Part shown: one piece after another, positions 29,764-38,156 of the stretch
Layout of the letters: each line of letters begins with the position of its first letter
How positions within the stretch are numbered: the stretch's first letter is position 1
Assembly: GCA_964361505.1 (NCBI GenBank)
Contig: CAYIAV010000001.1
Span: 1-46,770 of the forward strand
Direction of reading: 5' to 3'
DNA length: 46,770 nt
Source of the DNA: Candidatus Woesearchaeota archaeon
GTDB taxonomy: Archaea; Nanobdellota; Nanobdellia; SCGC-AAA011-G17; GW2011-AR20
Notes under the pieces: model-generated
Seen by the model: only the letters and a program-made list of their open reading frames with translations
Databases searched by the model: none
Told to the model about the DNA's origin: nothing
Translations under genes and position numbers: made by a program

Positions 29764-29933
29764 GAAAAGGTTATTATCTCTCTTAAGTGCAGCTGTTTTT
29801 TCTGTTGCTCATTAATGAGATAGATCTTGAATCTTTTTTTATGACCTAAGCATAAAATTATATGATAAAATTTTAGCAGTATTCGTATTATTTGATTAGT
29901 ATTTACTTTTTGTTAGTAGTAAAAATAGAAAGA

Positions 29934-29941
29934 TTTATAAA
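29934..29941 (+). promoter_or_regulatory. TTTATAAA TATA box upstream of aEF-1alpha
   Basis: The sequence is gaaagaTTTATAAActc. An AAGGAGG SD lies at 29997-30003 and the ATG at 30016. Confidence 0.4.
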
Positions 29942-30015
29942 CTCTTGTTAACAGTAATATTTATAAATTGATTTCATCGTGAAACTTGTATATCAAAAGG
30001 AGGATATATGATAAA

Positions 30016-31299
30016 ATGGCTAAAGAAAAACCACATATTAACTTAGTGTTTATTGGTCATGTAGACCATGGTAAAAGTACTACAGTAGGTAGATTATTGT
30101 TTGATTCTGGCGCTATTACCGAGCAGGCTTTAAGAAAACTAAAGGAAAAAGCAGAAGAATTAGGGAAGAAAGGATTTGAATTTGCTTTTGTTATGGACAA
30201 TTTGAAAGAGGAAAGGGAAAGGGGAGTTACTATTGATCTTTCTCACAAGAAATTTGTTACTGATAAATATGAGTTTACTATAATTGATGCGCCTGGACAC
30301 AAAGATTTCATAAAGAATATGATTACTGGTGCAAGTCAGGCAGATGCTGCTGTTTTGGTTGTTGCTGCGACTGATGGAGTTATGGAGCAGACAAAAGAGC
30401 ATATTTGGCTAAGCAGGACTTTAGGTGTTGGACAGATGATTATTGCAGTAAACAAGATGGATGCAGTGAAGTATGAACAAGCTAGATTTAACAAGGTCAA
30501 GGAAGATGTTAGCGTTGTTTTGAAGACTGCAGGATTTAAAGTTGATCAAGTTGCATTTTTACCTCTTGCTTCATTTCCAGGAGATAATGTTGTTAAGAAA
30601 TCAAGCAATTTAGGGTGGTATAATGGACCAACTTTAAGAGAGCAATTAGATTTGTTAAAATTACCTGAGAAACCAACAAACTTGCCTTTGAGATTACCAA
30701 TTCAAGATGTTTATAACATTACCGGTATTGGTGTTGTTCCTGTTGGAAGAGTTGAAACAGGAATAATGAAGATTGGAGATAAAGTAATTATTACTCCAGG
30801 AAGAGAGGGCAAAGGAGTTACAGGTGAAGTTAAGACTATTGAAATGCATCACGAACAAGTTACTCAAGCAGAGCCAGGAGATAATATTGGTTTTAATGTA
30901 AGAGGCATTGGTAAGAAAGATATTGCTAGAGGAGATGTTTTAGGGCATTCTGATAATCCTCCAACTGTAGTAAGCGAGTTTACAGCTCAAATTGTAATCT
31001 TAAACCATCCAACTGTGATTACTGTGGGGTACACTCCAGTATTCCATGTTCATACTGCACAAGTGGCATGTCAATTTATTGAATTGGTAAAGACAATCAA
31101 CCCAGCTACGGGTGAAACTTTAAAAGAAAAACCAGATATGCTAAAGAATGGTGATGCTGCAATTGTTAAGATAAAGCCAACCAAACCTATGGTTATTGAG
31201 AGACAGAAAGATATACCCCATATGGCAAGATTTGCTATTAGAGATGCGGGAAGCACTGTAGCAGCTGGTATGTGTATTGATGTGGTTAAAAAGGTTTAA
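30016..31299 (+). CDS. tuf: Elongation factor aEF-1alpha
   Basis: [27 protein letters not shown] and NKMD are present. I prefer the ATG at 30016 with its SD over the TTG at 29986 in the ORF track. Confidence 0.96.
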   Translation: MAKEKPHINLVFIGHVDHGKSTTVGRLLFDSGAITEQALRKLKEKAEELGKKGFEFAFVMDNLKEERERGVTIDLSHKKFVTDKYEFTIIDAPGHKDFIKNMITGASQADAAVLVVAATDGVMEQTKEHIWLSRTLGVGQMIIAVNKMDAVKYEQARFNKVKEDVSVVLKTAGFKVDQVAFLPLASFPGDNVVKKSSNLGWYNGPTLREQLDLLKLPEKPTNLPLRLPIQDVYNITGIGVVPVGRVETGIMKIGDKVIITPGREGKGVTGEVKTIEMHHEQVTQAEPGDNIGFNVRGIGKKDIARGDVLGHSDNPPTVVSEFTAQIVILNHPTVITVGYTPVFHVHTAQVACQFIELVKTINPATGETLKEKPDMLKNGDAAIVKIKPTKPMVIERQKDIPHMARFAIRDAGSTVAAGMCIDVVKKV

Positions 31300-31356
31300 T
31301 CCTTTTTTTCCTTTTTTATCTAAATCTTTAAATATTAGAATTCTTTTATTATCTTT

Positions 31357-31746
31357 ATGAGTTTTATATCATTTTTTTATAATCCTGCTAATGGATTTTT
31401 ATTAAATCGTATTCCGGAGATTGCTTTTGTTTTGCTAAGTTTGATTTATATCTTCTTTTGGAAATACGTATTCTTGTTTTTTGAAAGAATTTTTAGAGGA
31501 ATTTCTTATTCATTTTTTGAAAATAGGCCTACTCTTATGAACATTCTAGGCTATGTTGATTCTTTTTTTATTTTTGTTCTTACTGTGCTTTTTGCTATAC
31601 CTTTGATGAAGAATTTGTTACATGGCTATATAGAGCCTTTACTTGATACTAAATATTTGCTGATAATTGTTTTAGTGCTCTTTGTTCTTGCGTATGTTTA
31701 TTATTACTTGGTTTATAGCAGGCATTATTTGCATCCGAAGAATTAA
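31357..31746 (+). CDS. Hypothetical membrane protein (129 aa) between tuf and rps10
   Basis: It has 3-4 hydrophobic segments. TATA-like ctttaaatat lies about 25 nt upstream. Confidence 0.45.
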   Translation: MSFISFFYNPANGFLLNRIPEIAFVLLSLIYIFFWKYVFLFFERIFRGISYSFFENRPTLMNILGYVDSFFIFVLTVLFAIPLMKNLLHGYIEPLLDTKYLLIIVLVLFVLAYVYYYLVYSRHYLHPKN

Positions 31747-31801
31747 TAGTGTATAAGATCGTAACATATGTCACTTCACTATACATCGAAGAATTAATAG
31801 T
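31736..31801. repeat. 15-bp perfect direct repeat CGAAGAATTAATAGT (two copies, 51 bp apart)
   Basis: Copies lie at 31736-50, which includes the stop of the 31357 ORF, and at 31787-801. Confidence 0.9.
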
Positions 31802-31835
31802 TAGCTTTAAAAAGACCATTTTCTCTTTATAACTT

Positions 31836-32144
31836 ATGTCAAAAGCAAGAATCAATTTAGCTGGGGTGGAGATTAACCAAATTAATGAAATTTGTAGTTC
31901 TATAGTAGAGATAGCTAAGAAAACTAAGACTAAACTTTATGGACCTATCCCTTTGCCTACTACAAGAATGAAGGTTACTACTAGAAAAAGCCCTTGTGGA
32001 GATGGAAAAGCAAGTTTTGACAGATTTGAAATGAGAGTTCATAAGAGAGTTATTGATTTAGATGTTGATGAGAGAGCTTTAAGGTTAGTTATGAAAGTTC
32101 CTATACCTGAGGGTATTCAGATTTCTATTAATGTTTTAGGATGA
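31836..32144 (+). CDS. rps10: 30S ribosomal protein S10
   Basis: KLYGPIPLPTTRMKVTTRKSPCGDGKASFDRFEMRVHKRVIDL matches S10. Confidence 0.92.
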   Translation: MSKARINLAGVEINQINEICSSIVEIAKKTKTKLYGPIPLPTTRMKVTTRKSPCGDGKASFDRFEMRVHKRVIDLDVDERALRLVMKVPIPEGIQISINVLG

Positions 32145-32223
32145 GAAAAGTGGCTACTTTAACCATTCATTAAATTGTTTTTTTGCTTCTTATTTAGACT
32201 TAAAATTTTGATTGATTTTTTAT

Positions 32224-32973
32224 TTAGTCTAAAAATATTAAAGATACCATTATGCCAATTCCTACTAAAAAAGTTATTAATTGAATCAATGATTTTTGAA
32301 ATTTAACTTCTTTATGCAATTCTGGGATTAAGTCAGAGCCTGCTATGTAGATAAAAGTTCCTGCTGCAAAAGGAATTAAAAATGCTGTTAAGCCATCTAT
32401 ACGTGAACTTAAGACTAATGAAATTATGGCGCCTAGAACTGCAGTTGCCGCTGTAAGAAAATTAAATGTTAGTGCTTTCGCTTTAGAAAATCCTCCTTGC
32501 AATAAAACTCCAAAATCGCCTATTTCCTGTGGTATTTCATGTAAAATTACTGCTATTGTTGTGGCTATTCCCGTTGGGATGCTTACTATATAGCTGGCTC
32601 CTATTATTATTCCATCTATCAAATTATGAATACTGTCTCCTAATAAGTTCATTACAGCAAATGGATGAACATGCTCTTTTGAATGTGGTAAGTGACAATG
32701 TCTCCAGTGAATAAATTTTTCTACAATAAATGAGAATATTATTCCAGAAAGGATGTATAAAGATGTTTTTAGGCCAAAGCCTGTTTCTTCAACTGCTTCT
32801 GGAATCAAATGAATAAAAGCATCTCCGAATAATGCTCCAGCTGAGAAGCTAATTATGTATATCAGAGTTTTTTTTAACCTATTTGTTTTTATTGATAAAG
32901 TTAAAATTCCTATTAATGATACTAGACTCACAATTAAAACGCTTATTAAAGAATAAGTCCAAGTTTCTATCAT
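32224..32973 (-). CDS. ZIP-family divalent metal (zinc) transporter
   Basis: HNLIDGIIIG and HEIPQEIGDFGVLL signatures are present, with about 8 TM segments. Confidence 0.88.
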   Translation of the reverse strand: MIETWTYSLISVLIVSLVSLIGILTLSIKTNRLKKTLIYIISFSAGALFGDAFIHLIPEAVEETGFGLKTSLYILSGIIFSFIVEKFIHWRHCHLPHSKEHVHPFAVMNLLGDSIHNLIDGIIIGASYIVSIPTGIATTIAVILHEIPQEIGDFGVLLQGGFSKAKALTFNFLTAATAVLGAIISLVLSSRIDGLTAFLIPFAAGTFIYIAGSDLIPELHKEVKFQKSLIQLITFLVGIGIMVSLIFLD

Positions 32974-33021
32974 TTACTAGATTAGAACTTTTTTTATATT
33001 TAAGCATTTTGTTTATTTCTT

Positions 33022-33426
33022 ATGAGAGATGATATTTGGCTTAACAATAGACTGGAACAGATATGGCAGTTTTTATTTCCTGAAGTTATTAAGGGGAATA
33101 AAGTTCTAATTAAGTTTAAAGGGAGATGGAAAAATAAGTTTGGACATATTTCTAAGAAAGGGGAACATTCTGAGATTGTTATTAATGGATTATTTAGACA
33201 TGATGAAGTTCCTGAATATATGATTGATTTAACTATTGCTCATGAGTTGATTCATTATATGCATGGATTTAGCTCTCCTTTGCCTAAGTTGTATAAACAT
33301 CCCCATAAAGGCGGCGTTGTTACAAGAGAACTAAGAAAAAGAGGGTTTTCACATTTATTGATTAAAGAAAAATATTTTTTGAAAGATCAATGGCTGGCAC
33401 TATACACAAGGTTGGTTATTTCTTGA
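33022..33426 (+). CDS. SprT-like/DUF45-type HExxH zinc metallopeptidase
   Basis: IKFKGRWKNKFGHI...IVINGL...LTIAHELIHYMHG follows the pattern. TATA-like ttttatat lies about 24 nt upstream. Confidence 0.5.
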   Translation: MRDDIWLNNRLEQIWQFLFPEVIKGNKVLIKFKGRWKNKFGHISKKGEHSEIVINGLFRHDEVPEYMIDLTIAHELIHYMHGFSSPLPKLYKHPHKGGVVTRELRKRGFSHLLIKEKYFLKDQWLALYTRLVIS

Positions 33427-33724
33427 GCATAAATCTCATATAATTTTTGCAATTAAAACAATAATAAATAATTTTATTCTTATGAATTCTGACTCTGCAA
33501 GTTTTAGAAGGAACAAGATAGTGATAACAATGTTTGCACATTTTTCTTTTTAATTCTCTAGGCAATCTTAAATTTACTTTCATTGCAGTTTTGTGAGCTA
33601 TATCTACATATCTTTGAGCTAAGTCAGGATTAACTTTGAATTTTTTTTGAGCTTCTTTAAAAAGAAATTTAATCCTATCTAATGCTATATCTTGTTTTAC
33701 TTTTTTTGGAATTCTTTTAACCAT
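33416..33724 (-). CDS. rnp4: RNase P protein component 4 (Rpp21/Rpr2 family)
   Basis: RIKFLFKEAQ...RYVDIAHKTAMKVNLRLPRELKRKMCKHCYHYLVP...CFNCKNY shows the Rpr2 helices and zinc ribbon. Confidence 0.8.
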   Translation of the reverse strand: MVKRIPKKVKQDIALDRIKFLFKEAQKKFKVNPDLAQRYVDIAHKTAMKVNLRLPRELKRKMCKHCYHYLVPSKTCRVRIHKNKIIYYCFNCKNYMRFMLKK

Positions 33725-33725
33725 T

Positions 33726-33959
33726 TTAGAACGGAAGAAGCCTACTTGGATCTTGCTTACGTAATTCTGACTCTATTGCTATTATCTCTTCACGAGTCCT
33801 TTTTGGATGAAAAAGAGTATCTATAATGTCTGTTATCTTACTTCTCTCATGATAATATCTTTCTCTGGCTTCGCTGAGCATTAAGTATATTGTTGTTTCA
33901 TAACATAAACCAGCTGCAAATCCTGTAGAAACTATTAGTTCTATTGTTTTTTCATACAT
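33726..33959 (-). CDS. Hypothetical 77-aa protein upstream of rnp4
   Basis: ORF ending 1 nt before the rnp4 start. It has one N-terminal hydrophobic segment. Confidence 0.4.
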   Translation of the reverse strand: MYEKTIELIVSTGFAAGLCYETTIYLMLSEARERYYHERSKITDIIDTLFHPKRTREEIIAIESELRKQDPSRLLPF

Positions 33960-34030
33960 GCTTAAAATGATAACTTGTTATTTTAAAACATTTTCGATAT
34001 GTATTAAAACAAAGCTGCATTTGATAAAAT

Positions 34031-34690
34031 ATGTTTAAACTTTTGTCTGCAATAGTTTTGGAGGTTGTAATCTTTTCTTTTTACTTAATTTCTTTAGTTT
34101 TAAGCTATTTAATAAGTTTAGATAATAATGCTAAACAAAATAAAAAATCCACAATAATCTTACACGGAGGATGGTTTTCTAGTGGGTTGTTTTATATTTT
34201 AATGAAAAGGAGATTAGAAAACTTAGGATATGCTGTTTATATCCCCGATTATGGCTACCATTTTGGAAAAATAGAAGAAATTGCTGAAAAGTTAGATAAG
34301 TACATCAAACAAAATAAAATTAAAAAATTTGTCTTTATAGGGCATAGCTTGGGGGGATTGATAGGATTATATTATTGTAAAAATTACAAAAATAATATTG
34401 TTAAACTAATTTCTATTGGAACTCCCTTTTATGGAACTTGGCTAGCTAGAATTCCTTCTATTTTTTCTGAAAGCGCTAAGCAGATGATTCCTGGAAGTTT
34501 GTTTTTTAAAAAATTGCATAAGGGCAGAATAACTAAGGATATTTATACTATAGGATCAAAACATGATCAGTATATCCCTATTAAATCTTCTCAGCTAAAA
34601 AGAGCTAAGCACATTACAATAGAGGGAGTAGGGCATCTTTCATTATTATTCTCAAATAAGGTTTTTCAAGAGATAAAGAAAGTTTTATAA
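34031..34690 (+). CDS. Alpha/beta hydrolase, lipase/esterase-like (PGAP1/class-2-lipase type)
   Basis: An N-terminal TM segment is followed by ILHGG, the nucleophile elbow GHSLGG, and then the Asp and His candidates GSKHDQYIP and GVGHLSLL. Confidence 0.72.
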   Translation: MFKLLSAIVLEVVIFSFYLISLVLSYLISLDNNAKQNKKSTIILHGGWFSSGLFYILMKRRLENLGYAVYIPDYGYHFGKIEEIAEKLDKYIKQNKIKKFVFIGHSLGGLIGLYYCKNYKNNIVKLISIGTPFYGTWLARIPSIFSESAKQMIPGSLFFKKLHKGRITKDIYTIGSKHDQYIPIKSSQLKRAKHITIEGVGHLSLLFSNKVFQEIKKVL

Positions 34691-34691
34691 A
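34684..34691 (+). promoter_or_regulatory. TTTATAAA TATA box about 25 nt upstream of the L10e ATG, overlapping the hydrolase stop codon
   Basis: The sequence is agtTTTATAAAtgc. The upstream stop is at 34688-90 and the ATG at 34714. Confidence 0.4.
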
Positions 34692-34713
34692 TGCTTTTTT
34701 TGTTCTACAAGAC

Positions 34714-35238
34714 ATGGCAACATTAAGAAAGGGTAAATGCTATACACATATTACAAGACCTTATACCAGAAGATCTAAAGTTAAGGCTAAAGCTTATATC
34801 AAAACAGTACCTCCTTCTAAGGTTGTGAGGTATGACATGGGCGATCCTAAGAAAGATTTTGATTATGAGATTGTTTTAATTGCTAAAGAAAATGGACAGA
34901 TTAGGCATAATGCTTTAGAATCAGCAAGACAGGTAGTTAATAGAAGGTTACAGAATAATTTAGGACAAAAAGCTTATTATTTTAAATTATTGTTATACCC
35001 ACATCATATTTTAAGAGAGAATAAGATGTTGTCTGGTGCACATGCAGATAGGCTGCAGACAGGAATGGCGCATTCTTTTGGAAGGACTGTAGGACTAGCT
35101 GTACAGGCTAAGAAAGGTAAGAGATTGTTTAGTGTTAAGGTTTCAAGTAATGGAATTGAGCAAGCTAAAAAAGCTTTAAGATTAGCATGTCCAAGAATGC
35201 CTGGAACTTATACTATTGATGTAGTAAAGATTAATTAG
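34714..35238 (+). CDS. rpl10e: 50S ribosomal protein L10e (uL16)
   Basis: The N-terminus is RKGKCYTHITRPYTRRSK. RLQTGMAHSFGRTVG is also present. Confidence 0.92.
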   Translation: MATLRKGKCYTHITRPYTRRSKVKAKAYIKTVPPSKVVRYDMGDPKKDFDYEIVLIAKENGQIRHNALESARQVVNRRLQNNLGQKAYYFKLLLYPHHILRENKMLSGAHADRLQTGMAHSFGRTVGLAVQAKKGKRLFSVKVSSNGIEQAKKALRLACPRMPGTYTIDVVKIN

Positions 35239-35272
35239 AAACCTTTATTTATTAAAGTAATTTTCTTTATTT

Positions 35273-36421
35273 ATGTCTAACTTTATTCTATGGCTGAGCG
35301 AGATTCATGATGAGAGTTTAGCTGGAAATAAATTCTTCTTTTTAAGCAGATTATATCAAGCTAAATTTCCTGTGCCTCCAGCTTTTTGCGTTACTAAAGA
35401 AGCATTTTCTTATTTTTTAGAAACGACTGGATTAAAGAGAAAAATAGTTGAGGCTTTAGCGAGAAAAGAAAATATCAAAGATGTTTCTTATGCGCTTCAG
35501 GAATTGATAGTTGAAACTGAAATCCCTTTAGATCTTAAAAAAGAAATTGAAGAGGCTTATGAGAATATTAATGTTGACCCTGCAGTGCAAAATACTGGAT
35601 CTGCTTTTTCCTTTATTAAAGCAGGAAGAGATTCAAGCTGTGTTGTTGTGAGGGCTAGTGGAAATTTTGAGAGCAATGTTAAAAACACTCTTTTGAATGT
35701 GAAAGGAAGTAAAAATTTAATTTATTCTTTAAAGAAGGTTTGGGCTTTACATTATAATCCTGAGAATATTGCAACTGGAAATCTTGATAGTTTAGCTTTG
35801 GCTACTTTAGTTCAAAAAATGGTAAACCCTGCAGTTTCTGGGAGTTTTCACTTTGAAAATAATGACCTGATGATAAAAGCAGTTTATGGATTCCTTGATT
35901 CTGAAATCAATTATAAAGCTGATGTTTACACTTTAGACCGAGATTCTTTGTATATTAAAGATAGGAGTTTACATGTTCAGGAATCTAAACTTATTAAAGA
36001 TGATATGATTGGAAACATTGTTCTTAGGCAAATTGCAACTTCTGGGAATAAGCTTTCTGATAATGACTTAAGTTTTATTGCACAGATAGCTAAGAAACTA
36101 GAATCTGATTATTCTGATAAAGAGGTTACTTTTGCTATTGAGGGACCTAGACTTTATTTCCTGAATGTTAAAGATAAAAAAGATGCCAAGCCTAAAGAAG
36201 ATGGTGAAATTATACCTATTATTCCTGATTCTTTCTTTGATACTGTGCATTTAACTTTGCCTGAGGAGGTGAAACAAGAGATAAAGCCTTTAAGTGAGGC
36301 TGAGATGGCTTTGATAGAGGCTAAATTTGGAGAGGTTCATATTAAAATGCCTAAAAATAAGAGATCTCTGCATATTGCCCAAAAATTACTAGATATTCTT
36401 TCTTTGCAGATTGAAGACTGA
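35273..36421 (+). CDS. Stand-alone PEP/pyruvate-binding (PPDK_N, ATP-grasp-like) domain protein
   Basis: LAGNKFFFLSRLYQAKFPVPPAFCVTKEAF resembles the vGgKganL...glpVPpGFviT start of PEP synthase/PPDK. There is no phospho-His or PEP-utiliser domain. Confidence 0.6.
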   Translation: MSNFILWLSEIHDESLAGNKFFFLSRLYQAKFPVPPAFCVTKEAFSYFLETTGLKRKIVEALARKENIKDVSYALQELIVETEIPLDLKKEIEEAYENINVDPAVQNTGSAFSFIKAGRDSSCVVVRASGNFESNVKNTLLNVKGSKNLIYSLKKVWALHYNPENIATGNLDSLALATLVQKMVNPAVSGSFHFENNDLMIKAVYGFLDSEINYKADVYTLDRDSLYIKDRSLHVQESKLIKDDMIGNIVLRQIATSGNKLSDNDLSFIAQIAKKLESDYSDKEVTFAIEGPRLYFLNVKDKKDAKPKEDGEIIPIIPDSFFDTVHLTLPEEVKQEIKPLSEAEMALIEAKFGEVHIKMPKNKRSLHIAQKLLDILSLQIED

Positions 36422-36477
36422 ACCCTTTTTATTGAATTATTGCTTTGCTACTTTTTTCGTTATTGTAAATCCTTTGT

Positions 36478-36768
36478 TCATTTTAAATATTCAACAAGAA
36501 AAGAATCTCCATATTCTCTTCTCAATGCTTCAGTTATTTCTGAGTCTCCTGATCTGCCCCACATTCCTCCTGACTTTACAGGAGTTTCATATAAAATTCT
36601 TTCTGGTTTTCCAGGAAATAATCTATAAAATCTTCTAGGACCTCTTTCTCTAATCCTTAATATAATAAAATCTTTTTCATCATGTTCATCACAGATAACT
36701 AAGTTTCTTCCTTTGCTATTTAAGTCATTAACTATTTCTTTTAATGTTTGTAAATGTGTTTTCGTCAT
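36478..36768 (-). CDS. Hypothetical 96-aa protein
   Basis: Its composition is balanced, whereas the two plus-strand ORFs overlapping it are Phe/Leu-rich shadow ORFs. On its strand, TATA-like cttttatatac lies upstream. Confidence 0.45.
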   Translation of the reverse strand: MTKTHLQTLKEIVNDLNSKGRNLVICDEHDEKDFIILRIRERGPRRFYRLFPGKPERILYETPVKSGGMWGRSGDSEITEALRREYGDSFLVEYLK

Positions 36769-36831
36769 TTTAATCTCATCTTTTTCTTATAATAAGCTTA
36801 TAACAAGAGTATATAAAAGTTTCTATTTATG

Positions 36832-36845
36832 CTACTATGTAGTAG
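36832..36845. promoter_or_regulatory. Palindromic motif CTACTAT-GT-AGTAG (copy 1)
   Basis: Read directly from the sequence. It is embedded in the perfect 16-nt palindrome gctactatgtagtagc at 36831-46. Confidence 0.4.
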
Positions 36846-36928
36846 CTAAGTATTTTATAAAAATTGGAAAGTTTTGGCTTTGCACATAAATACGATTAGT
36901 TCATGTGTAAAGTTTTAAAACCAAAAGA

Positions 36929-36936
36929 TTTATAAA
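36929..36936 (+). promoter_or_regulatory. TTTATAAA TATA box for the 36989 ORF
   Basis: The sequence is aaaagaTTTATAAAtaag. A GGGAGGG SD lies at 36975-81 and the ATG at 36989. Confidence 0.4.
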
Positions 36937-36945
36937 TAAGTGATA

Positions 36946-36959
36946 CTACTATACAGTAG
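36946..36959. promoter_or_regulatory. Palindromic motif CTACTAT-AC-AGTAG (copy 2), at the expected transcription start
   Basis: It matches copy 1 at 12 of 14 positions and differs only in the central dinucleotide. It begins 10 nt after the TATA box. Confidence 0.4.
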
Positions 36960-36988
36960 ATAATACTAATAAGTGGGAGGGAATTAAA

Positions 36989-37303
36989 ATGTCGAGAACA
37001 GATGGAATAAAAGGTCTTCATGATTTAGTGCAAGAAGCAAATAAGGTTGTACCAAATTCTACAGCTATGAAAACTCTTGCTCTACATACTTACTTTCATG
37101 GTATTGGAAGCGGTACTGTGGACGTTAGTGCATTAACTGGATCTGGAATAACTATAGACGAATTTATTAATGGTATTCCGGACTTAAAGAAAATTCATGA
37201 AGCTATTGCTGATTATTCGGCTGAGCCGGACCAACATCAAAAAGACTTAGCTTACAGCCATGTTTATGAAGCTTTATTTAAGGGCATGATTAAGGTCAGA
37301 TAA
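36989..37303 (+). CDS. Hypothetical 104-aa protein
   Basis: ORF with both an SD and a TATA box. I recognise no motifs. Confidence 0.55.
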   Translation: MSRTDGIKGLHDLVQEANKVVPNSTAMKTLALHTYFHGIGSGTVDVSALTGSGITIDEFINGIPDLKKIHEAIADYSAEPDQHQKDLAYSHVYEALFKGMIKVR

Positions 37304-37308
37304 TGCCT

Positions 37309-38109
37309 TCATTTTCTTTTTTCTATAAATTTTTTTATTTCTTTTATATACTCTTCAGTTTGTTTTCTATACTTGTCATATTCTTTTCCAGAAATCTCTT
37401 TAATTTCATTATGTAGAATTCTTCTTGAGAGAAAGAAAAGATCATTCATCAACATTACATGCTTGCCATTAAGATAACCTTGCTTAACCATTTTTTCTTT
37501 AAGCATTTCTGCTGCATGCTCTGGGCTTGGAGGAACTTCACCAATACGCATTAAAGCAGCATGAGTTGCATCAATTGCAGACCAATATAGATCAAGCATT
37601 GCAGCTAATAAATGTTTTTCAGCACTATTGAAGCTTGCAAAACTCATGTTAAAATAAGTATAAATCGATTCTCTGCTAGGCCTTATTCTTCCTTGGTATA
37701 ACAAAAGCTGCAAAGGATCAAAGAAACCAGTGTCAACTAAGGCAATGCCACTTCTTAGGATGTTAACAGCAACCGGGTCTCCTGACCTTACATATTCCCA
37801 AAAGCTTGTCAATTTCATTGTTTGCACATGAATCTTTTTACTAATATCAAGAATGGCTTTTTCAACAATTATCTTGTATGTCTCCATAATTTCAGGAGCT
37901 AGAACAATATGTACATCATCAATGATGATTAAAATGTCAATGTCTCCTTTTTGATCTCTACTTGCATCGGTAGTAGAACCAAATAAGATTATTCCAGAAA
38001 TAAATTTTCCAAACTCCTTATAGACTTTGCCTGCAAAAGACTTGGCGATGTCTAGATTTCTATTAGGAACATAAATCTCATTATTCCTTTTATCAATAGA
38101 AAACTCCAT
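37309..38109 (-). CDS. Pol-beta-superfamily nucleotidyltransferase with a helical (HEPN-like) C-terminal domain
   Basis: GIILFGSTTDASRDQKGDIDILIIID shows the GS...DxD minimal NTase motif. The C-terminal half is helical and contains SRRILHNE, which is not a canonical Rx4-6H motif. Confidence 0.72.
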   Translation of the reverse strand: MEFSIDKRNNEIYVPNRNLDIAKSFAGKVYKEFGKFISGIILFGSTTDASRDQKGDIDILIIIDDVHIVLAPEIMETYKIIVEKAILDISKKIHVQTMKLTSFWEYVRSGDPVAVNILRSGIALVDTGFFDPLQLLLYQGRIRPSRESIYTYFNMSFASFNSAEKHLLAAMLDLYWSAIDATHAALMRIGEVPPSPEHAAEMLKEKMVKQGYLNGKHVMLMNDLFFLSRRILHNEIKEISGKEYDKYRKQTEEYIKEIKKFIEKRK

Positions 38110-38156
38110 TTCATCACCTCTCTTTTTGCTGTAAATTTTTTACTTTATTAATGTTT

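Noticed and set aside
29808-29819. A perfect 12-nt palindrome, ctcattaatgag, lies downstream of aEF-2.
   Set aside because: It is AT-rich and has no loop, so at most a 4-bp stem could form. Such words are expected by chance in this composition.
27951-31256. Antisense ORFs lie inside aEF-2 (27951-28151, 28611-28940, 29361-29606) and aEF-1alpha (30160-30402, 31071-31256).
   Set aside because: They are shadows of two of the most conserved genes in the window.
31649-32714. ORFs 31649-31855(-), 31857-32042(-) and 32529-32714(+) overlap the membrane ORF, rps10 and the ZIP transporter.
   Set aside because: They overlap better-supported genes on the other strand and carry no motifs.
36411-36638. 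Two plus-strand ORFs (36411-36638 and 36440-36628) overlap the 96-aa minus-strand ORF.
   Set aside because: Their products are Phe/Leu/Ile-rich, the typical antisense of Lys/Glu/Asn codons. Neither has its own promoter. The minus-strand ORF has balanced composition and a TATA box. The choice is still not certain.
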